In this document: positions 13,301 through 25,294 of the stretch, one piece after another
Position numbering within the stretch: the first letter of the stretch is position 1
Layout of the letters: every line of letters begins with the position of its first letter
Source of the DNA: Octopus sinensis
Taxonomy: Eukaryota
Assembly (NCBI RefSeq): GCF_006345805.1
Contig: NW_021831998.1
Coordinates: forward strand, 1 to 62,087
Length of the DNA: 62,087 nt
Direction of reading: 5' to 3'
Position numbers and translations under genes: made by a program
The notes under the pieces: model-generated
The model's database searches: none
Told to the model about the DNA's origin: nothing
The model's input: only the letters and a program-made list of their open reading frames with translations

Positions 13301-14600
13301 CCCTTGGTCTACCCAATATTTTTCTTTTAGTTAAATTTTATTTAAATTACCTCTATTTCTTAGCTATATTATATATGCCATCAGGCGAATAAAGAATTAC
13401 TGTTTCACAGAAATTTTAATTAAAAAAATACAGCTTACAGAATATATTATAAATTTTTAAGAATTACAAAAATACAGAATTACAGCTCTTCATGGCAGTG
13501 AATGCAGACAACATTTGAATGTTCTTGACAAACATGGATATTACAATTCTTACATGTAATACGAAACTTCCCGTCTTTTGTGGGGACCACACAAAGAACA
13601 TCTTCCTTTTTTCTTTGGTTGAGAAATCTCAAATGAGGTTGAATATCATCTTCTTTTTCTGTTTGGTTGAGAAACAGAACTAGAAGATTGTTTGTCGTGT
13701 TCTTGTTGAGCATTAACTCCAGCAAGTTCCTTTCCTAACTGAATTAGGCACTGTCTTCTTCTATCCTCGAAACTTTGCAAGTGAAGCTGTTAACAATAAT
13801 GTAAGCATTCACTGCCCTTATATCAATCATATTGTAGAATATAACCATAGGCCATCTTTGACTTTTTCTTTTGCAAGTGTATATCATTACCATCTTATCT
13901 AGGGTATTTGCTCCTCCTTTTGTTTTGTTGTAACGTGTAATAACTTCAAGTTTCTTCTCAGCACTTTTTGAATCAATTGAATGCTGGGAGTCATTGTACT
14001 CATAAGTGTGACAACATAATTTTTCTTGGGACAATAAGATAGAATCATAGAATCCTTTTGAAATCCAAATACTGTGCTGTTGATTTCTCTTTCTTTGCCA
14101 TTTGTGAAACCACTTGGAAGTTCAACCCTGTTCTTTCTAATTGTTCCAGCTAAAGTAGTTTTCTTGCTAAGCAGCTTTCAAGCCAATCCTAGACTTGTAA
14201 AAAAATTATCACAAGTTATATTGCGACCAGTATGTTCAAGTTCCTAGGTCTTCAACAACTCTTGAACCTTGATTTGTCTCTCTACTTTTTACTGGGTCTT
14301 TTCCAGTGTAGATTTGCATTTTCCAGGCATAAGACGTTTCACTGTCGCATATTGCCCAAATTTTAATTCCATATTTCCCTGGTGTTGAAATAATATATAC
14401 CCGGAATGGGCAGCGCCTTCTGAATGAAACTAATTGTTCATCAACTGTCATGCATGAACTTGGAGTATATCTATCTTGCAAATTCTGATTCCACATTTCA
14501 AATACTTCTCTTATGGGTTCCAATTTATCATCACTTCTCTTTTATCTTCTTTGCACTAGCATCCTCAAAACGCAATACTTGTAAAATCTGGTTTGTTCTT
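13301..14600 (-). mobile_element. piggyBac transposon, 5'-truncated, transposase pseudogene
   Basis: TTAA|CCC terminus at 13297-13303; minus-strand motifs MTVDEQLVSFRRRCPFRVYI..PGKYGIKIW, NITCDNFFTS, YNKTKGG..TLDKM, RWPMVIFYNMID and C-terminal Cys-rich CKNCNIHVCQEH..CIHC. Confidence 0.92.
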
Positions 14601-14609
14601 AGTAAATAA

Positions 14610-14905
14610 TGCAAAAATAGAAGACGCCGGTTGCATATTGATATTCCTTATCATTATGTGTGTGATAAAGGGATGACTGTTTGGAAACTACACGAGAGAT
14701 GAGAAGAGAAAATTACTTCAAGACTTTAGTTTCTAAGTCCAAAGAAAGAAGAAATATTTTATCTGAGATTGTTATTGTTACATGTTGAAGAAGCTCGTAT
14801 TTTTTTTTGTTTTTTTTGGTGGTCTTAAAATAGTTAATTGTGTGCGATGATCTTGAAACAGTTGACGGTGTACGATGTAAGTTATGATGAGAAAGCTGTT
14901 AATTT
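14610..14905 (+). pseudogene. Helitron RepHel coding fragment (paralogues 31775-32020 and 54030-54200)
   Basis: Degenerate translation DIPYHYVCDK...EEIFYLRLLLLHV...DLETVDGVR resembles the Helitron Rep-helicase linker. Confidence 0.7.
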
Positions 14906-15547
14906 TCATTTAGCACAAATTACAATAAACTTTATATAAGGCTGGGACCCTAATTATTCGGAATATTTTTGATTGTTTTTAAATGAAAAACTGCCAAGCC
15001 TTTACATAAGAAATTTATCAATGGTCTTTTTCCGTTGTTTTGATAAAATTATTTTTCACAACTTGTGTATAGTAATCCATACATGCATACAACAACACAC
15101 ACATACACGCACAGACACGCGCACATAGACACACATAGACACGCACGCACACACACACAACTATACATATGTATATGTATATATAAATGTATCATTTAGC
15201 GTTCTTATGCCATTTCAAGTTGTAAGACAATACCTTTTCATCCAGAGTACCTTCGTAAGGTGTATTGAATAGATAAACACTTCAGTTGAGCTATACAATA
15301 CCAGGTAATAATGATAAATCGATACGAAGATCATATAATGATTATACTTCATTAAGAGGATAAATGCAAACAAGTAACATCTCGTTCTTGACAGACATTT
15401 CTACCTAGAAAACAGACAGGATGCTGCAGAGGAATTGTTTTCAAATTATTTGTATGTAAACGATTTATTGTATAATTAATATATGTTTTTAATTACTTAA
15501 GGGCTTAGCCATCACCACTATGTGTATATATATATATATTATATATA

Positions 15548-15594
<47 letters not shown>

Positions 15595-15632
15595 CATACA
15601 TACATACATACATACATACATACATACATACA

Positions 15633-15659
<27 letters not shown>

Positions 15660-15665
<6 letters not shown>

Positions 15666-16420
15666 GCCTTATTTATGCATGAATAAATATATCCTTGGAT
15701 GTATTTCCTTTGAGAGTTTTAATGCAAATTTCATTTTCTCACATATATATGAATATATTTTGTTTATTTTATTGCATAAGTTAATGTTTAAAGAATGTGT
15801 TGTTACATTGTTTCGCTGTGATTCTTTACAGTATGTAGTGTAAAATATAAACATTTTTCTGGCTGGTGATTATATATGGAATTTTTGCATGCATGGAATG
15901 GAACTATTTGAGATGTACGACTAAATTGAAAGTGTCTTGCGTACGATAAGGGCCGAGTTTATCTGGATCATATTTTGGACTGACAATAACGTCGATATGG
16001 CTTTTATGATTTTGTTTATTTTTTTTATCATACATTGTTCTTCAATTACTATTGATATTGTTTTCAAATTCATACCTGCTTCCTATTTATTTTCATTTCA
16101 AGACTTGAACATTGAGTTTCCACATCTCTCACCGGAAATGTTTGGACAAAAAGAAATTGAGATATCAATAAGAGTACAAATATTGTTCTTTCACTTTTTA
16201 ATAAATTATATTTGTACGTTTTTCTTTTATATCTTTGTCAGTCATTCTCCAGTTGTAAATAACTGGACTTAGCAAGGAATGGATCGCCGGAAAGGATGTG
16301 GTCAACTCTTTCATTATATTTTTCGTTGTACAGTCTATGTTCCGCATACAGAAGTCAGTCCTAAAAAGTTCTCCAATGTTTTATTTTAAATCGGTGAGTG
16401 ATTTTTGCACCAAAATTATA
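15660..16420 (-). mobile_element. Old R4/Dong-type LINE 3' remnant (duplicated at ~36765-37380)
   Basis: Minus-strand traces RLYNEK..VDHILSG.PFLA, CTLIDISI, IVRKTLSI*; colinear second copy. Confidence 0.6.
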
Positions 16421-16829
16421 TTCTATGATCTGGTTAAGTACATATTAGGCTATATTTCTCCGCGAGTAGTTGGTAAGACTAAAACATGTCTGGAATTAAC
16501 CCTATCCCAAATTTCAAAAATTAAAAATTCTTTTTGGTTCACTACATTCACTCTTTATCTCGCTCTTAATGTACGTAATACTTTCACTAAAGTTTCTGAA
16601 GTGTCTAGAATTTTCTATTCCAAGAAATATTCATGCTTCTTATCTCGTTTGAAACTGATAACATTTCTTTTTCTTTCCTCATCTTCTCCCTTTTCTATTT
16701 TTGTTACTATCTTTCATCTCACCCTCACTCCTCCACTCTCTCTTCTTAATTTTCTCTATCTTTCTATCCCTCTCTCTATCACTCCCTCTCTCTCACTCTC
16801 TCTCTCTCATTATTTCAATGAATAACTTT

Positions 16830-17700
16830 ATGATTGTCCAAGCAAAAAGTTTTTTAATTTAGTCTCATGGCATTTTCTGGCCAACCATAAATAGCATAGA
16901 ATATTTAATAGAAGAACGCTTAACGTCATGTATTCTTATTGCAAGCACTTCGGCTCTCTAACAAGCCAGCATAGCACGAAAATACTAAGCAAAACTAACG
17001 GCACCACTGAAGGAAACAGCCGAAAATGTAACTTCAAAGACCAAAGCTGCTGTCCTTTAGGGGGAGATTGTCTACTTAAAGGCGTAGTAAACAGAGCCAA
17101 ATCCCAGATGGACAGCACGGATGAATACAAGATGTACACAGGCTAGGCAGAGAATTCCTTTAAAACGAGACCTTAGCAACTTATGAATTGATTTAAACAT
17201 CTAGGAAACAGATCTACGACGAGCCTAGCTAAACATATATAGCATTTAAAAGGAACAAAGTTTTTATCGTTTGAAATCCATTGGGCTGTCTTGGAAATGA
17301 TGATGCCCATAACAACAGCAGCAACATTACCAACGTGACGACGGAATTCCATACGTAATATCATGGAGAATCCTAGAACACCCAGGCCCCCTCCATAAAC
17401 GGGACCAAGCATTGTAAACTGTGCATAGCTGAACCGGTGAGAATACTAAAGGTCTTCCTCGACCCGGGGAACATTCTTTACTCCAGAACAGCGGTCTTCG
17501 GAACATGTTAACACTTCAGGATATTCCTGCAGGCCTATTGCGATCCACATGACAACAGAGTCATTTACGATTGAGAGCCAAAGGGAGATAACCCCTATTG
17601 CTAGAGAGGCTGTGATCCAATAGGTTTGGGTTTCACGTCCATAAAGCGCTTAGCTTTATGGACGTGAAACCCAAGGTAATCCCATAGACCGGCCTTATCT
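16830..17700 (+). mobile_element. Penelope-like element, GIY-YIG endonuclease remnant
   Basis: IFNRRTLNVMYS...KCNFKDQSCCPLGGDCLLKGVV...MYTG*AENSFKTR...CKLCIAE, the Penelope linker/GIY-YIG pattern. Confidence 0.8.
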
Positions 17701-18224
17701 AACTTTAAATAATATGCTGCTCTATAACTTAGAGAGTTTTATTTCTGATTTATGTGTTACCTACGATATACATACATGTATATATATTTATATATATATA
17801 TATAAATACATATATTTATATACATATATATACACACACATATATATATCTACACATATGATATTTTTATATAAGCTTAAAGCTTATGGTGATCACTGTA
17901 TGTCTAATAGTCTAATAAAGCGACAGACAAAAGGCTTTCTTATTCGCACGGAATTCGAATCCACATCCCTTTGTAAATACGACCAAATGTGTTACCTTTA
18001 CACTTGCTAATAAGCCTCCCTCTTTCTGTCAAGTTTAAGTTCGTATTTGTTTTAAGTAATCAAACTTTCTATATGATTTCGGGGCGAATGTTTTTTTTTT
18101 ATTACGGCGCCATAATAAAACAAAACATTCGCTCCGAAAGCATATATATATATGCATGTGTGTGTGCGTGTGTGTATGTGTGTGTGTGTTTGTGTGTGTG
18201 TATGTATGTATGTATGTATGTATG

Positions 18225-18269
<45 letters not shown>

Positions 18270-18836
18270 TAGATTCTGTTACGAACGTCGTAGACACGCA
18301 ACGTAGTTCTCCAGGCTTGCAGGTATTTGTTTGTGTAACCGTTTCCCTGCATTATACGATCTAGTTGTGCTTCAAGGGCATCCTATTCGTTCGTCGACGC
18401 CTGCGAGCTTGAAGCAGCCACTGAGTGTATCAAGAGATGTATCTCTTGATACAGTCAGATGTATCTGTTGATACTCTAAGAATAGCACAGATTATATCGG
18501 CAGACAAAATGTCGTCAGCATTGGCGGATGGAAACGTTGTATCACGGGATTTCATCGTAAATTACGAATCATAAGCAAGAAGTATCCAAGCAGCGAATGT
18601 TTGATAGAAAGTCTGTCAAACCGATACAGTTAACACTGAGTAAAAATCTTATCCACTTTTGCTGACGAAACTCCCCCACCCGAAATACGCTGTATTTTTT
18701 GGCACCTAACGCTTATACGGCATATTTTCTCAGGACAAAGGCCACAGTCTACGGCGTCTACGGCGTTCTGAACAACACCTCCTAGAGCAAATTAATACAT
18801 ACATACATACATACATACATACATACATACATACAT

Positions 18837-18875
<39 letters not shown>

Positions 18876-20124
18876 GTCAGACAGACAGACAGACGTGTGT
18901 ATAGGTTAAGATTTATAATTAAACGTACTAGTTTCTAATTTCGTGCAAATATGTAACCCAAATTTTTTTTTGTTTTTTTCAAAATCGATGTTGTTTTAAA
19001 ATTGATTTAATTTAGAATATAATTATGTTAACTGGACAGTTGATTATTTTCAGAAGTAAAGAAGTAATCATTTTGATCATAAATTTAATGAAATTGAACA
19101 CTAGATCCATATTCTCGAAACAAACATTCTGAATATAATTATTTTCAGTTGCATTTATTTAAAATAGCTGTACATAGTTTGTTTTTGTTTTTAATTTTAA
19201 GAAATGATATATAAACAACAAAGCTAATCCATTAATGTATGTCGTATTGTTGCTATGTGTAGGTGCTTTCCATGGGTGGCTGTGTTGAGTATAGTATGAT
19301 GTGGGCGAATTAGTTCTCAACTGTTTAATACCCAATATTGCAGAGAAAAACTTACAAATTGCATGGGTATATATTAAATTTATAAAGAGAATATAGAATG
19401 GAAATATATATATAACAATTGCCAATCCAAAACTTAAAATTTAAAATATATTAGCATAACAGCTGCCATATGCGTATCTTCCATTGCTATTATACTTACT
19501 CACTAATCTACTTCAACTATTAGCGGTTCTTCTACTTCCTACACTATTAATACTACAGCGATCTCTAACTGGATTTCTGCACATTTCCACTACTCCACTA
19601 ATCAAGCCCACTTAAGACATCAAACTCTCCTACTCTCATCGCACTTATTCCACGTGATCTCTTTGATCGTGCATTAAACTGTCTGTCTGCTCACTCCTCC
19701 AAGAGCAACGGTCTTATAATTCTCTCACCAGTCATTTTATTTCTTATTGAAACCAACCTAAACACGTTTAAACTAAAAATCCACTGGATTCATCTGTAAC
19801 AGTATAGATTTTTAAAAATTGGTAACACTAGGCAACAAAATTTTTGCTACTATTAGACGAAACGGTGCTCATAGGTAATTTGGGAGCGCTGATTCCGAAT
19901 CTGCAATCATTTTTGTTCTAGCACGTCACATTTTTGCGCTATCATTATTATGCTGCTATCAAAATTATAATAATGTGAAAATTCATGACAAATCAAATGT
20001 ATGTTATGTTAAGCGTAAATTACTGTTATTTGATATAAGAACAATAGCAACTAGGTGAACAAGTGGCTCTAAAACCAATGAAACAAGACAAAAGTGTAAG
20101 TGAATATTATTAATTTTATGTTTT

Positions 20125-20410
20125 TCAAAAATAGCTTTGGCGTCTTCTTTTACGCTTCTGCTGCATATCCGTTTCTCGTTTAAAAAACCAGCAGTAGTCC
20201 GTCAGCATGTTTGTTGTAAGCCTGCCACTGTAGCGCCTTTCTAGCTCTTTGATTTCGTGATGAAGTCGTTCACCCTGCTCATCGCTTACATCACTCATAC
20301 TGAGTGGAAAAAAAGTCAAGATGACAGTGGACGAAATGAATTTTTAGAGACATTCCCAAGTTGCTCATAAGCTTTCGAAAAATCTTTCACAATTGCAACA
20401 TAGTTAGATG
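20125..20410 (-). pseudogene. Chapaev3 transposase, C-terminal part
   Basis: SLKIHFVHCHLDFFP..VSDEQGERLHHEIKELERRYSG..MLTDYCW continues the reading interrupted at ~25295. Confidence 0.88.
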
Positions 20411-20438
20411 AAGTGGCGGTGTGGTAAGTAGCTTGCTT
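20411..20438 (+). mobile_element. 5' head of a tRNA-derived SINE split by two insertions
   Basis: AAGTGGCGGTGTGGTAAGTAGCTTGCTT (A-box region); the SINE resumes at 24899. Confidence 0.8.
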
Positions 20439-22608
20439 TCTTCATTGCGCATGTGTGAATCAGAGTTGTGTTTGATACTGAAGCTGTAAGATGTGTTTTT
20501 GAAGCTGTCTTAAATGGAAGATTTTTGAAACTCAGCTGTAAGGTAAGATTTTTGGTGTCCAGTGGGGACCTGTTGTTTGCCGCAACTATTTTTCACAAAC
20601 AAGAAGTCCTCACTGGATTCTAGTCTACCTGGAGCTGAGTGAATTTTTTTTTTTTCACTTAATTGTGAAAGTTTTTGTATAGGTGGGCGCTTGAAAATAG
20701 TATTTGTCCAGGAATAACTCCGTGGGAATTTTTAGAAAAATTTCAACAATATTGTTCCTGTCAAGGTGTACCTATTAGAAGAAAATTGGAATGATTTTTT
20801 TAACTGTTTAACATTTGCGTTAAAATTTTGGCATGCAGTGCCGAGTGGCCTTTGCTGTATTTTGAACTGTTGCTCTCTCTTCATCTATCTTTTATTAAAA
20901 AAAAACTCTTTATTGAGCTGTTATTTTTCTCCTTCCTTTTTGTTTGAACTTTTTTCTCTTCCTTCATTTTCCTTAGTTATTTTGTATTTTAAAACTGTAT
21001 TTTTGGACTTTTTTAAAAAACATGGCAAATAACAATGGAAAGTTGGTGGAGTGGGAAATTACGCCACCCAAAAGTTGGTTAAAAGAACTTGAAAGTAAGA
21101 CGGTGGTTTTGAAGACCTACTCTAGGACCTTCGACGCCATTGCCGTTTTCATAAAGGATATAATCGAAAGAGAGCTGGCAGAATTTAAGCCAGCGATTAA
21201 GTTTATCTCTCGGGAGTCAAATACGCAACCATGTGGTTGCTGTTTGAATCCCCAGAAGTGGCTTGTGAATTTGCGAGCCAGCCCTGGAGGGCAATGAAAT
21301 TTTGTTTCTTCCAACTTATTGTGGGAAGAAGTTGACGAGAGCCTGGGTATGCGGCTTGCCACCCGGAGTTGAGCACGAAGGGATAGGAGATGCTATCCGC
21401 CGGGGTATGGGTGGCAGTAGCACCAAGCTCCTCAACGTAAATATTCTGCCTCCGGCTTACTGGGGGGAGTCAAAAATTGTTTTGACCCTATGGACCCAGT
21501 CAGCCGAAAGTCTGGTATTTCGAGACTTTTTGAGAATGGCCGGGTCTAGGTATCCGGTAATGCTTGAGGGACGCCCCCGCCCCAATTGTCATCTGTACCT
21601 GGAGCCTGGCCAAATAAATAAGAACTCTCCTCAAGGGCAAAGCAAAGTCCTGGAGCGGTTGACGGAGACCTCTGTAGAGGAAGGAATGAAGGCGGCCGAA
21701 GAGACGAAGGACTCCTCAAAGAAGAGCCGCAAAAGGAAGAAGGTGAGCAATCCTAAGGATGAGGGAGGAGAGGCGAATCTCCCGGTCACGGAAGAGACGC
21801 ACCCTCCCCCAGTCGAGAAGAAAAAAGAGGAAGAGGAGGAGAAACGGGACATTGCCTGCAGTCGGAAACATGGCGCCGGAGTGTCCCCGAGCCTCATCGG
21901 TTGTGTCACCGGCGGGGCGGAAATTGTGCCGCCAACGGTAGAATTGACCCCCTCGGACCCGGAGGACGAAGAACAGTTGGTCTTCTTTTATAGAGGTGGA
22001 GAGGTGGAAAAGGTGGTGGCAGAACACTACGAGGGAGTACCTTTGGCCTTCACACGGGATCCCGAATGGCCTCCACAGATAGCTGTGGAAGTGATAACGT
22101 TGCGCGTGTTACATAGGCTGGAGGGAATAAAAGAGAAATATCGCTCGTGGCCGGGTGACGCCAACTCGGAGCCCGTCTTGATTTTAAAGCAAGCATGGGT
22201 GATGGTGGAGTACATGGACACAAGCGATGATGAGGTGGAAAATTGACAAGAGGTTGAAAAGACTCAGTATTATAAAGTGCAAGAGGCTCAGCGCCTCATT
22301 TGTAATGGACTAGTGTTGATTGTATATTGAATATTTTATTGTATGTTATTGCATGTTATTATTTGTAATGGACTATTAAGTCCAATAATTGTAAAAACTG
22401 TCGTGAGAGGTTCAATACCGCATTTTGTTTTTGTTTTTTCTGTTGGAAAAAAAGAAGAATGATGTTTTAGAGAAGCAGAAAATCGGCGGACGTTTTTTTG
22501 TCTTCTCCCATCAATATCATCCTTGTTTCATCATTCACCTTATCAATGTATGTGTCCAGCCCGCAAGCCTCTCTTTCTAATGCCTTTATGGCAAACCTTA
22601 ATGAAATA
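20439..22608 (+). mobile_element. ORF1-only non-LTR retroelement, copy 1 (Tx1/L1-type gag, no RT or endonuclease)
   Basis: Flanked by direct repeat AAGTAGCTTGCTT (20426-20438 / 22609-22621); 5'UTR, frameshifted ORF 21022-22246, 3'UTR ending AAATAAA. Confidence 0.75.
21022..22246 (+). pseudogene. Gag-like ORF1 (RRM-like region, degenerate CCHC knuckle, charged low-complexity tail)
   Basis: MANNNGKLVEWEITPP..FLPTYCGKKLTRAWVCGLPP..RPNCHLYLEPGQINKNSP; homologous to 23326-24566; frameshifted around 21220-21300. Confidence 0.7.
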
Positions 22609-22632
22609 AAGTAGCTTGCTTACCAACCCATG

Positions 22633-24898
22633 AGTCTTTGAGACTTCCCATAAGTCTTTGTTGTCAGTGTACGCATGCGTCATTTTGATGTGCACTGAAA
22701 AAGACAGTCGGCAGTGTTTAACCTGCCAAAAAGAAGCTGCTGCAAGGTAAGACTTTTGTCTCTTGAGTCCAGTGGGTGTTGTTGTCTGTGGTTATATTTT
22801 TTACAAACAAGTAGTCCTCAGTGGATTCAGGATGTTGGTCTGCTTGCGGTTCAGCAATATTGGGAGCGTATCCTTCAACCAAAAGTTGTTCACTTTTTAA
22901 TAGTGCATGTTTTTACAACAACATTTACCATTTATTGGAAAGCTGTATTTCAAGTGTCCACATTAAGTGAAAATTTTTTTCTCGTTGTGAGAAGTATAGT
23001 TTGGTGGCGTATCCTGCCACCAAAAGTTGTTCGCTGTTTGTGAATAGTGTGCATTTTTACAACTACGTTTACCAATAATTGGAAAGCTGTATTTCAAGTG
23101 AATCAGTCCAGGTTCTAATTGGAATACCATAGGGTTTGGAGTACCTGAACGCCCAGGAGATTTTTTGCTGTGTTTTGTTGAACTATTGTTTTCTTCTTCT
23201 ATTGTGACTTTCTTATTGAACTGTTTGCTTTTTATCTTCTTCCCTTTTGCTTCCTTTTGATTTCTCACTTTTCTTTTTGAAATTTGTGAACTATTTTGGG
23301 GACTTTTTACTTTTTATTTTAAAACATGGCAAAAAATACGGATAAGATTGTAGAGTGGGAGATTGTCCCACCTAAGGAGTGGTTCAGACAGCAAGAGGGA
23401 AGGACGGTGGTGTTGAGAACGTATTCGAAGGTTCTCGACACCATTGCCGTCATCTCCAAGCAGATGAATGAGCAGGAGTTGGTGGAACATATGCTATCCA
23501 TTAAGTATATCTCTAGGGGCGTCAAATATGCAACGGTGTGGTTGCTGTTTGACACTCCAGAGAAAACTCGCAGTTTTGCGAGCCAGCCCTTTGAGGGTAA
23601 AGAAATTTTGTTTCTTCCCACTTATTGTGGGAAAAAATTGATGAAGGCTTGGGTTTGTGGTTTGCCACCCTGAATTGAACCTCAATGGATAGAGGATACT
23701 ATCCGTCGGGGTCTGGGTAGCAGCGGAGCCAGGCTCCTCAATGTGAAAATTCTTCCTACGTATGATTGGGTTGGGTCAAAAGCTGTTTTGACCCTGTGGG
23801 CCCAATCAGCCATGAATCTGGTTATGCCAGATTTTTTGAAAATGGCCGGGTGCAGGTACCTGGTGATTCTTGGGGTCGCCCCTTTCCCAGGTGTCATCGG
23901 TGCCTGGAGCCAAGCCATATAAAGAAAAGCTGTCCTCGGGAATAAAGCAAAGTCCTGGAGATCTCTGTAGAAGGAACGAAGACAGCCGAGGAGACGGAGG
24001 ACTCCTCAAAGAAGGGCCGCTAGAGGAAGAAGGTGAGCAACAATGGGTGCTCAACAAAGGATCCTAGAGATGAGGGAGGCGAGGCGAATCTCTCGGTCAC
24101 GGAGGAGACGCACCCTCCCTTAGTTGAGAGGAAAAAATAGGAAGAGGAAGAGAAATGGGACATTGCTGGCAGTCGGTGACATAGAACCAAAATGTCCCGG
24201 AACCTTGCCGGTAGGGGTTGTGCCTCCGGCAGGGTAAGAGACGCCGTTGGGAGCAATTGTGCCCCCAGCGGTAGAATTGACTACCTCGAACTCAGAGGAA
24301 GAGGAACTATTGGTCTTCTTCTACAGAGGAGGAGAGATTGAAGAGGTGTTGGAAAAGCACCATAAGGGAGTACCTTTAACCTTCACACAGGATCCCGAAT
24401 GCCCTCCGTAGATAGCTGTGGAGCTCATAACGTTGCCCGTGACGTATATGCTGCAGGGACTGAATGAGGAATAACGCTTGTGGCCGGGCGGATCCCGCCT
24501 TGGTCTTGAATGAGGCGTGGGGGATGGCGGAGTATATGGGCACAAGCGATGTTGGTGAGGAATAGTGACATGTGGTTGAAAAGACTCAGTGTTATAATGT
24601 TTATTGTATAATGTTTAATGATTATTGCATGTTATTGTGTTTAAGAGGCTTAACGCCCCAATTCTTAAATGGACTATTAGTCCAAAAATTGTAAAACTGA
24701 AGTAAGAGGTTCATTACCTCGTTTTGTCTTTTTCTGTTAAAAAAAACGAGAGAATTATGTTTTAGAGAAGCAAAAACAGGCGGGCGTTTTTTGTCTTCTC
24801 CTATTAATATCATCCTTTTCATCATTCACCTCGTCAATGTCTTTGTCCAGCCCGCAAGCTACTCTATATCATGCCTTTATGGCAAAATTTTTTAAATA
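22633..24898 (+). mobile_element. ORF1-only non-LTR retroelement, copy 2
   Basis: Flanked by ~24-bp imperfect direct repeat AAGTAGCTTGCTTACCAACC-CATG (22609-22632) / AAGTAGCTTGCTCACCAAACACATG (24899-24923); same organisation as copy 1; ~140-bp tandem repeat in the 5'UTR (22855-23100). Confidence 0.75.
23326..24566 (+). pseudogene. Gag-like ORF1 with intact CX2CX4HX4C zinc knuckle
   Basis: MAKNTDKIVEWEIVPP..FLPTYCGKKLMKAWVCGLPP*; 23892-23933 reads CHRCLEPSHIKKSC; several stops and frameshifts. Confidence 0.72.
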
Positions 24899-25294
24899 AA
24901 GTAGCTTGCTCACCAAACACATGGTTCCGGATTCAGTCCCACCGCATGGCACCTTGGGCAAGTATCTTCTACTATAGCCTCGGGCCGAACAAAGCCTTGT
25001 GAGTGGATTTGGTAGACGGAAACGGAAAGAAAGCACGTCGTATATATGTATATATATATATATGTGTGTGTATTTGTGTGTGTGTGTATATGTTTGTGTG
25101 TCTGTGTTTGTCCCACCAACCTCGCTTGACAACCGATGCTGGTGTGTTTACGTCTCCGTAACTTAGCGGTTCGGCAAAAGACCGATAGAATAATTATTAG
25201 GCGTACAAAGAATAAGTCCTGGGGTCGATTTGCTCGACTAAAGGCGGTCCTCCAGCATGGCCGCAGTCAAATTACTGAATCAAGTAAAAGAGAC
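24899..25294 (+). mobile_element. Body of octopus-type tRNA-derived SINE
   Basis: B-box-like GGATTCAGTCCC, CCTTGGGCAAG core, internal (TG)n, 3' CCAGCATGGCCGCAGTCAAAT..AAGTAAAAGAG. Confidence 0.9.

Noticed and set aside
15937-16825. Hydrophobic ORFs resembling membrane proteins
   Set aside because: Antisense of an old LINE tail plus a CT-rich tract; the frame is not conserved in the duplicate at 37000-37870.
18660-18700. CTGACGA...GAAA hammerhead-like string
   Set aside because: Stems II and III do not pair convincingly.
20439-24898. Reading the two 2.2-kb units as host-gene retrocopies or an LTR element
   Set aside because: Gag-type knuckle, identical 3' target junctions and 13-24-bp TSDs, with no LTRs, PBS or pol, fit non-LTR ORF1-only elements better; a host-gene origin cannot be fully excluded without a database search.
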